A DNA stretch of 64,000 bases. It comes from a virus. Taxonomy: Duplodnaviria; Caudoviricetes. Made by a program: the position numbers and the translations under genes. The stretch's first letter is position 1; every line of letters starts with the position of its first letter. Shown here one piece after another: positions 56,151 to 64,000 of the stretch. The notes under the pieces were generated by a model, which had not been told where the DNA came from, did no database searches, and worked only from the letters and a program-made list of their open reading frames with translations. The stretch is taken from positions 96,001 to 160,000 of the IMG/VR virus record IMGVR_UViG_3300037851_000141. The stretch is one strand, 5' to 3'.

Positions 56151-57110
56151 ATGAAAATTATTATATGGGGATACCCCCTTCATTCACATACACATTCTTA
56201 TATTCATGATGCTTTTTATCGAACGTTTAAGCACATGGGATATGAGACATATTGGTTTCATGATGGTGGATATCCAAAAGACTTTAATTGGGATGATTGT
56301 ATTTTTTGGACTGAGGGGTTTGCTGACAAGAATATTCCACTAAATAAAACATCAACTTATTTTGTTCACGTTTGTCCAAATCCTCGCAAATATATAGGAC
56401 AGGTAAAGAGATTCATTGATGTTCGGTATAATCACCTATGGCACAATGATCACTGTTATTCATACACAATCAATAAATCAGAGTTAAAAAAGGTCGGACC
56501 TTGTTGTTATCTCCAAGAAAAAGAGAATAAACAAATCAGAGTCAAGAATAACTATCAAGACTATATGATTGAAGATTATGATAAACTGTATTTCACATGG
56601 GCGGCCAATTTCTTCCCAGAACAGTTCAATTTAGATGATGTAAACTATCCAAGAAAAAATGTTATAAACTTCTGCGGTAATCTGACTTCTAATGGTCGGT
56701 GTGAAAATTTGTCAACATTTAGACCATTTATAGATGAATGTAATAAGCATCATATTCCATTTATCCACAATTGTCCATTCTCTAATCCATTAAGTGATGA
56801 TGAAGTAATCAAACGAACAAAAGAATCATTACTTGGTGTTGATATTCGTGGACCAGAACATATTAGAAATGGATATGTACCATGTCGAGTCTTCAAATCA
56901 ATAAGTTATGGCCATCTTGGTATGACGAATTCCAGAGAAGTATTCAATGAAATGGAAGGACATTGTATCTTTAACGAGAATACGGATCAATTGTTTCACG
57001 ATGCTATGGCTAAGAAAGACGATAAGGAATATATAAGAACTTCGATGTTATACGTTCGTGATAACCACACTTATATAAATAGAATAAACACCATATTAGG
57101 AATAATCTAA
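56151..57110 (+). CDS. Putative GT-B-like protein (CgeB/YkvP-type C-terminus)
   Basis: C-terminal GYVPCRVFKSISYG ... HTYINRI. Confidence 0.55.
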   Translation: MKIIIWGYPLHSHTHSYIHDAFYRTFKHMGYETYWFHDGGYPKDFNWDDCIFWTEGFADKNIPLNKTSTYFVHVCPNPRKYIGQVKRFIDVRYNHLWHNDHCYSYTINKSELKKVGPCCYLQEKENKQIRVKNNYQDYMIEDYDKLYFTWAANFFPEQFNLDDVNYPRKNVINFCGNLTSNGRCENLSTFRPFIDECNKHHIPFIHNCPFSNPLSDDEVIKRTKESLLGVDIRGPEHIRNGYVPCRVFKSISYGHLGMTNSREVFNEMEGHCIFNENTDQLFHDAMAKKDDKEYIRTSMLYVRDNHTYINRINTILGII

Positions 57111-57736
57111 TGAAAACAATCACAGAAATAGCAAAAAAATATTTTACCGATAAAGGTATTGAACTTATTCACGAAGGCAGAAATATTGCTCATGGATATT
57201 CTGTTCTATATGATCGCTATTTTGGTCATATGAGAAATGATACGTTGAATATTCTTGAGATTGGGTTAGGTGATGCTGCCGGAAGTGCGTTCTTATGGGC
57301 AGAAGTTTTTCCTAATGCTCAAATATATATGGCTGATTATGATCACAATAAAATAAATCGGTTCATGCCACAGGTTCCAAAAAATGTTCATATGATTTAT
57401 GCCGATCAATCAAACCGAAACTCGCTGAACAATTTGTCTAGCCAGATTCCTAATAATATGGATATAATAATAGATGATGGTAGCCATAAGAATGATCACA
57501 TTATATTATCGTTTGATGTTCTGTTTCCTAAATTGAAAGATGGTGGAGTTTATATAATTGAAGACACATATCAATCCTATACGGAATCGGGTGAAACCCC
57601 AATTATGTTCTTTAAGGATATCATTGACCGTATAAATGATTATTTGTCTGATAAAAAAGATATATATGGAATAAACTCAATACATTTTTATCGCAACCTT
57701 ATTCTCGTTTTTAAGGGTGAAAAAATAACAAAATGA
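57110..57736 (+). CDS. SAM-dependent O-methyltransferase, sugar O-MTase-like
   Basis: ILEIGL, DIIIDDGSH, LFPKLKDGGVYIIED. Confidence 0.85.
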   Translation: MKTITEIAKKYFTDKGIELIHEGRNIAHGYSVLYDRYFGHMRNDTLNILEIGLGDAAGSAFLWAEVFPNAQIYMADYDHNKINRFMPQVPKNVHMIYADQSNRNSLNNLSSQIPNNMDIIIDDGSHKNDHIILSFDVLFPKLKDGGVYIIEDTYQSYTESGETPIMFFKDIIDRINDYLSDKKDIYGINSIHFYRNLILVFKGEKITK

Positions 57737-58419
57737 CCATTGGCGCATATTTACAGGTATATAAAAATAATAATAAAGTTGATTTTGTTTTAAGCAAGTT
57801 TCGTGAAATATACCCTGATGCTCCAATATATCTTGTATCTGATGCGGGCGACGATTTTACAGAGTTATCAAAAAAATATAATTGTTTTTATGAACATGCT
57901 ACATTGAATACTGGAGTTAGTCATATCGGGTTTAATAAAGAACAGACCCTAACTTGGCTTCTCCGATTCTATAATGCTTGTAAATATGTAAATACGGACC
58001 ACATTATATATCTTGAGGATGATGTTTTAGTAAGACGCCCAATACAAATAAACCCAGAATGGAATATTGCTGGAGTACTCATAAATGAGATACCAGCATG
58101 TATAGTCGAGTATCTTAGAACTAAACATAATGCCGTTTTTAATACTACTTTATATGGTGCTTGCGGTGGAACAATATATAAATGTAGCGAACTAATAAAA
58201 ATCTACGATAATATGGTTTCGTTTATTAACTCTGATTTTGACGTTTTTTATCGTGATCTTGGTGTACATTTTGGATTTCTTGATATGTTCATGCCTATAT
58301 TTTTTATGATGAATGGATATAGATATGAACAGAATACAGAATTGATAGAAAGTCATCGGAATTCAAGTTGGAGACATTCACATCATTCAATAGTACATGG
58401 TAAGGAAATCTATGGCTGA
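57733..58419 (+). CDS. Putative GT-A glycosyltransferase
   Basis: LVSDAGDD, IIYLEDDVL, YGACGG. Confidence 0.55.
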   Translation: MTIGAYLQVYKNNNKVDFVLSKFREIYPDAPIYLVSDAGDDFTELSKKYNCFYEHATLNTGVSHIGFNKEQTLTWLLRFYNACKYVNTDHIIYLEDDVLVRRPIQINPEWNIAGVLINEIPACIVEYLRTKHNAVFNTTLYGACGGTIYKCSELIKIYDNMVSFINSDFDVFYRDLGVHFGFLDMFMPIFFMMNGYRYEQNTELIESHRNSSWRHSHHSIVHGKEIYG

Positions 58420-59356
58420 AGGAAAATCATACACAAGTAATGTATCTAAACTACTTAAACATCTTGACAAATTACAAGGATTACAGAATGGTGTTGTTTC
58501 GCCAATTATGGTTCATCTTGCTCTTACTAATATATGTAATCTTCGCTGTTCTTTTTGTTGCTTTGCTAATCGTAAGCGGAGCGAAGTTCTATCGTTAGAT
58601 GATGTAAAATCTGTTCTGAATCAATTTCGTCAGTTAGGTACAAGTGCTGTTGAATTTACTGGCGGCGGTGAACCTCTTTTACACCCTAATATAAATGACA
58701 TTGCTCAATATGCTTATGATTCTGGTTATAGTCTTGGAGTTTGTACTAATGGAACATGTGTAAACCGAATAAAGAATTGGGATTTATTCAAGTGGGTACG
58801 TTTAGGTCTTTATTTTGTAGATAACGATTATAATATTGATATTGAATACCTTAAGCAATTCAAGCAAGTAGATATTAGTGGTGCTTATGTGTGGGACAAT
58901 CCAAATCCAGACTTATTCTATAAAATGATAAACTTCGCAGAAACCCATAAAATTCCAACTCGTATTGCCGTAAATGCTATCAAACCAACTGATCAAATCC
59001 TGAGAGACATGGATATTGTGAGCGAACAGTTAAGTAAGGTTGATCGGAAGTATGTATTCTTGTCTGACTTTAATCTCAAAACAGAACGTCGAAATAATAA
59101 GTGCTTTGTACATATGATAAAACCATTTGTATTCCCTGATAGAAACGTATATGCTTGTCCATCAGCAGAACTCGCAGTAGAAAATGGAATAAATGTAAAC
59201 GATGAATTTAAGTTATGTAGCATTGATAAAATATTAGAATTCTATCAAAAAGGTGTATCAGTTCGTAATCATAACTGTTCATTCTGTAAATACGCTCAAC
59301 AAAATGAATTGATTGAAGACCTATTAGTGAGGACAACCCACAATGAATTCGCCTAA
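58412..59356 (+). CDS. Radical SAM enzyme with a SPASM/twitch-like C-terminus; likely start ATG 58412
   Basis: CNLRCSFC (CX3CX2C), FTGGGEPLLH; C-terminal C ... YACP ... CSFC. Confidence 0.9.
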   Translation: MAEGKSYTSNVSKLLKHLDKLQGLQNGVVSPIMVHLALTNICNLRCSFCCFANRKRSEVLSLDDVKSVLNQFRQLGTSAVEFTGGGEPLLHPNINDIAQYAYDSGYSLGVCTNGTCVNRIKNWDLFKWVRLGLYFVDNDYNIDIEYLKQFKQVDISGAYVWDNPNPDLFYKMINFAETHKIPTRIAVNAIKPTDQILRDMDIVSEQLSKVDRKYVFLSDFNLKTERRNNKCFVHMIKPFVFPDRNVYACPSAELAVENGINVNDEFKLCSIDKILEFYQKGVSVRNHNCSFCKYAQQNELIEDLLVRTTHNEFA

Positions 59357-59966
59357 ATACGATGAAGATTATTATGAGAATGGTATAAAATGTGGAATAA
59401 GTGGATACGAAAATTATCACTATATGCCAACCAGAAGTTATAGCGAAGCAATTTCAATACATAAAAACATAGAATTTACTGATTGTATAGATTATGGTTG
59501 CGCTAAAGGGTTTCTGGTACACGCACTAAATCAATTAGGACATTATACTATTGGCTTGGATATTAGTGAGTATGCTATTCAACATTGTTTGCCGACAGTA
59601 CAAGATAAGGTATATTTACTTAATGATACAATTACAAATATGGGATTTCAGACTGACCTTCTCATAGCTAAAGACGTACTTGAACATATAGCAGAACAAG
59701 ACATTACAACGGTATTATCTGACTTCAAGAATGTGTGTAATAAAGCTCTTTTAGTAATACCCCTTGGCGACAACGATTTATTCCGAATACGAGAATATGA
59801 AATAGATAAAACTCATATAACTAAAAAGAATGAAGATTTTTGGATTGATAAGATAAGGGAAGTTGGATTTAAGTTGACATCATTTGATTATTGTTTAGGA
59901 GACGTTAAAAAGAAGTGGGTTGACCAGTATCCCCATGGCAATGGCTTTTTCATTATTGAGAGCTAA
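59343..59966 (+). CDS. SAM-dependent methyltransferase
   Basis: IDYGCAKGF, GLDISEYAI, DVLEHI. Confidence 0.88.
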   Translation: MNSPKYDEDYYENGIKCGISGYENYHYMPTRSYSEAISIHKNIEFTDCIDYGCAKGFLVHALNQLGHYTIGLDISEYAIQHCLPTVQDKVYLLNDTITNMGFQTDLLIAKDVLEHIAEQDITTVLSDFKNVCNKALLVIPLGDNDLFRIREYEIDKTHITKKNEDFWIDKIREVGFKLTSFDYCLGDVKKKWVDQYPHGNGFFIIES

Positions 59967-59968
59967 CC

Positions 59969-60805
59969 ATGGATAAGACCTTTTTTTATATAGTTGGTGG
60001 TCAGCAAGTCCATTATGATAATATTATGCGGAGTATTAGAAGTCTTCGCCAATTTGATAAAAAATCCAAAATAATGATATTTGAGGTTGGTGATAAGTTA
60101 AAGACAACAGCAGATTATATTGTTATCAATCAACCAAATATTATTGATTTAAACCATAAAGGTAAGATCGGGTTCAAGTTTTGGAAGCAGAAATACGTTG
60201 CCGCCCTTTACGTTAATACAGAATACGGCATATATATGGACAGCGATACAGTTGTTGTTAATGATAATTTTGACGAACTGTTGACAAAAATAGGTGATAA
60301 AGTTGGTTCGGCTCAACATTTTTGGGTTCCTACAATTGGGGAATTTCATAATAAGGCTGTTCCACCGCAGAATAGGCAATCGTTTAATTCTGTGATATCT
60401 CGGCTCGGTTGTTCAAATGACACTCCATTGTTTGCTGGCGGAATCTTTATGTTTAAGAATACTCCAATAATAAAAAATATAATGAATGATACCTTATATG
60501 TTTATGATGATGTTTATTCTGTTGATTCATCTTATATAACTGGATTAACGGATGAGATATTCTTTTCAGGCATATTAAACAAGTACAATTCCTCATATAG
60601 ATTAAATGGAGCATTAAATCATTGTTGTATGGGTGATGCTTTGATGCCAGTAAAATATGAAAATGGATTGTTATATGGACGGAACACATGGGAGTCTGAA
60701 TGGGAGAAAATAACCTTATTCCATTGCGATCCTACGAGAAGAAATCCCGCCAAAGATTATAATGGTATAGTACAGCAACAAATACAGAAAGCGTGGTCAG
60801 TATGA
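59969..60805 (+). CDS. GT-A glycosyltransferase, GT8-like
   Basis: YMDSDTVV (DxD), FAGGIF, DEIFF, LNHCC. Confidence 0.65.
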   Translation: MDKTFFYIVGGQQVHYDNIMRSIRSLRQFDKKSKIMIFEVGDKLKTTADYIVINQPNIIDLNHKGKIGFKFWKQKYVAALYVNTEYGIYMDSDTVVVNDNFDELLTKIGDKVGSAQHFWVPTIGEFHNKAVPPQNRQSFNSVISRLGCSNDTPLFAGGIFMFKNTPIIKNIMNDTLYVYDDVYSVDSSYITGLTDEIFFSGILNKYNSSYRLNGALNHCCMGDALMPVKYENGLLYGRNTWESEWEKITLFHCDPTRRNPAKDYNGIVQQQIQKAWSV

Positions 60806-61764
60806 GATTTTGTATAGTTGGTCCAGGAATAATGCCAATACCACCTACCGGCTGGGGTGCTGTTGAAATTCTTATTTGGGATTATGCTCAAACTTTACAA
60901 AATCTTGGCCATGAAGTCCGAATCGTAAATACACCTAATCATCAAGATATAATCCGTCAATGTAATGAGTTTAATGCCGATATTACCCATATACAATACG
61001 ATGATTTTTGGCATGTTGTTCCTCATATCAATAGCAGAATCAAAGCTATTACGAGCCATTACGGTTATATTACCCAAGTCGGTCAACGTCCAATAACACA
61101 GGGATACATACCAATCGTAAATGGCTTTAAGCAAATATCAGATAAAGCATATATATTTTGTTTATCACCCGAAATAAAACAATCATATATAAGGTTAGGT
61201 ATTCCAGAAAATAAATTGGTCGTAACTCCTAATGGTGCCAGAACCGATTTATTTAGATATTCTCCAACATGTGAGTTAGCCGACCAATCAATCTTCTTGG
61301 CTAAAGTTGATTACAGAAAACGTCAACGGCTCGCTCAAGTTGGCGCTAATGTTTACTTTGTTGGTAATATTGATAGAAACAACTCTGGTGGGTTTATCCA
61401 AGACAGATTTTATCATGGTGAATGGACAAAACAACAAATATACCAAGACTTAACCAGATACGCCAACTTAGTATTATTGTCTGACGGTGAAGCAGATCCG
61501 TTAGTGACAAAAGAAGCAATGATGTCCGGTTTGGGATTGGTTATATCAGAATATTCAACCGCTAATCTTGATTTATCTAAGCCCTTTATTGATGTGATAC
61601 CAGAATCCCGTATAAATGATGCTGGCTATGTAAAATCAGTTATAGAATCAAATCGTATCAAATCAGCATCAATGAGATCAGAGATTCGTCAATATGCTGA
61701 ACAAAATTTTAGTTGGTCTGCCTTGATAGAGAAATATGTTCAGATGATTGGGGGTTTAGTATGA
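60802..61764 (+). CDS. GT4 (GT-B) glycosyltransferase; likely start ATG 60802
   Basis: PGIMPIPPTGWGAVE, VTPNGA, EADPLVTKEAMMSG (EX7E). Confidence 0.85.
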   Translation: MRFCIVGPGIMPIPPTGWGAVEILIWDYAQTLQNLGHEVRIVNTPNHQDIIRQCNEFNADITHIQYDDFWHVVPHINSRIKAITSHYGYITQVGQRPITQGYIPIVNGFKQISDKAYIFCLSPEIKQSYIRLGIPENKLVVTPNGARTDLFRYSPTCELADQSIFLAKVDYRKRQRLAQVGANVYFVGNIDRNNSGGFIQDRFYHGEWTKQQIYQDLTRYANLVLLSDGEADPLVTKEAMMSGLGLVISEYSTANLDLSKPFIDVIPESRINDAGYVKSVIESNRIKSASMRSEIRQYAEQNFSWSALIEKYVQMIGGLV

Positions 61765-62435
61765 ATGTTGGAATAATCATAATAGCAACGCACAAATATA
61801 TCAGATTTGTTCCTCAATTATATCAATCAATAAAAGATAATTTCTTGAAGAATCATAATGTATCTGTATTTGTTCTTACTGATCAACCTGAAGTGCCAAA
61901 TGGCTGTATAAAGGTTCCATTTCCACACAGACCTTGGCCATATTCAACTCTTATGCGATTCCATGGATTTACAGACAATCAACAGTACTTTAATGGTCAG
62001 GATTACTTATATTATATTGATGCTGATACAAGAGTCATTAATGTTGGTGATGAAGTGTTAGGCGATTTGGTTGGAACGGTTCATCCTGGTTGGTACAATC
62101 GTAGACCAGTAGATTTGTGTTATGACCGAAATCCTGTGAGTAAAGCATATGTCAAACCGGGTGATGGAAGACATTATTATTTTGGAACGTTCTTTGGTGG
62201 TAAAGCCTCTGAGTTTATGAAAATGTCGCATACGCTAAGAAATAATGTTGAAGAAGATTTATCAAAGAATACAATAGCACTCTGGCATGACGAGTCTCAT
62301 ATGAATAGATATTTCATTGATAATCCACCAACAATCTCATTACATCCTGGTTATGGTTATCCCGAAAGTTGGAGATTGCCATTTGATAAGCACATTTTGG
62401 CTTTAGATAAAAATCACGAAGAAATTAGAACTTAG
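61761..62435 (+). CDS. GT6-family (ABO-like) glycosyltransferase; likely start ATG 61761
   Basis: IIATHKYIRF, VFVLTDQP, YYIDAD, LVGTVHPG, FFGG, ALWHDESHMNRYF, ALDKNH. Confidence 0.88.
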   Translation: MNVGIIIIATHKYIRFVPQLYQSIKDNFLKNHNVSVFVLTDQPEVPNGCIKVPFPHRPWPYSTLMRFHGFTDNQQYFNGQDYLYYIDADTRVINVGDEVLGDLVGTVHPGWYNRRPVDLCYDRNPVSKAYVKPGDGRHYYFGTFFGGKASEFMKMSHTLRNNVEEDLSKNTIALWHDESHMNRYFIDNPPTISLHPGYGYPESWRLPFDKHILALDKNHEEIRT

Positions 62436-63229
62436 ATAAACTTAAATGGTATTTCGTAATGAGGACTATTTGGATTTAGACCATATATATTTTCGGTAGA
62501 TATTACTTTACCACCTAAAAATATCTGATTCAATATGTCGTTCCCAAAGTAATGATTTAGTCCAGCATGATTAAGATTTTCATTTTGTACACGGTTTACT
62601 GGAATATTCATGATTTTAGATTCGTTGAAACATAACATAAGAGTCTTTGACATAGTTCCGCTTTGAGAATCAAGATATCCTTCTAAGGTGTTTGGCGCTC
62701 GGTAATTGCCGTTGAAGAACATATGCTTAATGTCAGAAAATCTAAATATATGACCATCTAAAGATAAAGGATACTCCCAATCAGAAGGGAACGGAGTCTG
62801 TCTCTTCCAATTCCATGTCCTATCTTGGTTGAATGGCGGAAGTGAACATGATTTCTTCTGAGTATAGCAATAGTTTATATGTGGAGATAGACGTAGACTT
62901 AATGTTAATATATCTGGTCGGTTGAAAAATGTCTTAACTTCTGTTTCGTTTAATGAAAAGTTGCGAATAAAAACAATATCATCAACGAGAAACATTTTAT
63001 ACTCGTCATCATTTAGATTAGATAATAAATCATTTCTAAAGTTAGATTCTTTTACGTAACTAAATTCAGGATGTATCTGTCTTACTTTATTATATCCAGC
63101 ATCAAAATCTGGAGTTGTTGCCCGATAAATTACTTTAATATCGGCAAATCCAATCCATTTGTCTTTTATAGAACGCAAAAGAAGTTCAAGTTGGGCGGTT
63201 CTGTCTTTACTGAATATTAGGGTCTGCAT
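62432..63229 (-). CDS. Putative glycosyltransferase-like protein
   Basis: IFSKDRTAQLELLLRS, FLVDDIVF, YPLSLDGHIF. Confidence 0.55.
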   Translation of the reverse strand: MQTLIFSKDRTAQLELLLRSIKDKWIGFADIKVIYRATTPDFDAGYNKVRQIHPEFSYVKESNFRNDLLSNLNDDEYKMFLVDDIVFIRNFSLNETEVKTFFNRPDILTLSLRLSPHINYCYTQKKSCSLPPFNQDRTWNWKRQTPFPSDWEYPLSLDGHIFRFSDIKHMFFNGNYRAPNTLEGYLDSQSGTMSKTLMLCFNESKIMNIPVNRVQNENLNHAGLNHYFGNDILNQIFLGGKVISTENIYGLNPNSPHYEIPFKFI

Positions 63230-63258
63230 GACAACTATTATATTATCTTTCTAAAAAA

Positions 63259-63266
63259 TATAAATA
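63259..63266 (+). promoter_or_regulatory. Late promoter (Clp-like ATPase)
   Basis: Exact match 19 nt upstream of the ATG. Confidence 0.65.
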
Positions 63267-63284
63267 CGATAGTGAGGGCCGCTT

Positions 63285-64000
63285 ATGACTGATACCTCCA
63301 ACACCGAACAATTCAAAAAAGATGTTGAAGCATATCCGAAAAAAAGACAAACCCTAAACCCAAATAAGACATGTAAATTCATAGACGACATATCTCAAAA
63401 ATTACAAAATAACGTTATTGGACAAGATGATCCAATAAAAGCAATAGTTGATGGCCTTTCAAGAGTTGTTTCAGGTGTAAAGAATCCAGAAAAACCTATA
63501 TTGACGATGTTATTATTAGGTTCAACTGGTGTAGGTAAAACAGAAACAGTTAAGGTAATGGCCGAAGCTTTTTTTGGAAGTCGTTCATCATTTACAAGAA
63601 TTAACTGCGAAGAACTATCAGAGAGCCATACAATTTCTAAATTACTCGGTTCTCCTCCAGGTTATATCGGTGGAGAAATACAACCATTGTTAGCTCAAAA
63701 CTTTATAGATGATCCTTGTCAAGAAGCTTGGGATGAAAAGAAAGGTATCTTCTCCGGTGATCTATCCATACCACTTAAGTTCATAAACCCAGCTAAAGAT
63801 GAACACCTATCAATTATACTTTTTGATGAAATTGAAAAAGCACATCAAAAAGTGTGGACATCATTACTCGCAATTTTAGATGATGGACACTTAACTTTAT
63901 CAAATACCAACGAAGTCAATCTTAGACACTCCATTATAATCATGACTACCAATGTTGGCTCTCGGGAACTGGATCAAACAATAAGTAAGGCATCGCTGGG
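63285..64000 (+). CDS. ClpA/ClpB-D2-like AAA+ ATPase, 3'-truncated by the window edge
   Basis: Absent from the track. Manual translation gives VIGQDDPI ... LLGSTGVGKTE ... SKLLGSPPGYIG ... LFDEIEKAH ... ILDDG ... IIIMTTNVG. Confidence 0.9.
   Translation, partial: MTDTSNTEQFKKDVEAYPKKRQTLNPNKTCKFIDDISQKLQNNVIGQDDPIKAIVDGLSRVVSGVKNPEKPILTMLLLGSTGVGKTETVKVMAEAFFGSRSSFTRINCEELSESHTISKLLGSPPGYIGGEIQPLLAQNFIDDPCQEAWDEKKGIFSGDLSIPLKFINPAKDEHLSIILFDEIEKAHQKVWTSLLAILDDGHLTLSNTNEVNLRHSIIIMTTNVGSRELDQTISKASL

Noticed and set aside
58412-59356. Radical SAM as QueE of a 7-deazaguanine DNA modification pathway
   Set aside because: It has a SPASM/twitch-like tail, and no folE, queD, queC or dpdA is visible in the window.
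49910-63229. Stating that the island hypermodifies DNA
   Set aside because: No dNMP hydroxymethylase or thymidylate-synthase homolog that would create an acceptor base is visible here; kept only as an alternative hypothesis.
1-64000. Stop-codon reassignment (alternative genetic code)
   Set aside because: Core genes are full length under code 11; the one split gene is explained by a frameshift, not by an in-frame stop.
1-64000. tRNA or rRNA genes
   Set aside because: No T-arm/CCA cloverleaf or rRNA-like sequence was seen, and almost all space is coding.

Overview
AT-rich, gene-dense segment of a large T4-like (myovirus-type, probably jumbo) dsDNA bacteriophage genome, read with the standard genetic code. 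All protein assignments come from motifs and gene order recognised by eye; no database search was run. Left end (minus strand): head cluster with portal gp20 (carrying a 416-aa LAGLIDADG intein), gp67-like core protein, prohead protease gp21 and partial scaffold gp22, plus the gp4 head-completion nuclease. Middle: a nearly complete T4-type replication, recombination and transcription set. It includes RNase H, RuvC, UvsY/W/X, gp46/47, gp55, PolB gp43 (with a 165-aa mini-intein), gp41, gp59, gp32, gp45/44/62, RegA, gp61, both topoisomerase II subunits, class II RNR and dUTPase. Right end: a 13.3-kb island of 14 glycosyltransferase, methyltransferase, radical-SAM and nucleotidyltransferase genes, complemented by rmlB and a fused rmlCD elsewhere, followed by a partial stand-alone ClpB-D2-like ATPase. 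Two promoter classes are visible: sigma70-like sites and gp55-type TATAAATA late sites. The strongest candidates for undescribed biology are: (1) four paralogous HExxH proteins with late promoters and putative capsid-targeting/protease-cleaved leaders, one switched off by an A8 homopolymer frameshift; (2) a ~320-nt intergenic element with nested stems (candidate ncRNA); (3) the glycan-building system; (4) a sigma4-like HTH protein at the gp33 locus; (5) an 8-unit CAAGTA repeat leader on gene 32. No tRNA, rRNA or CRISPR array was found.
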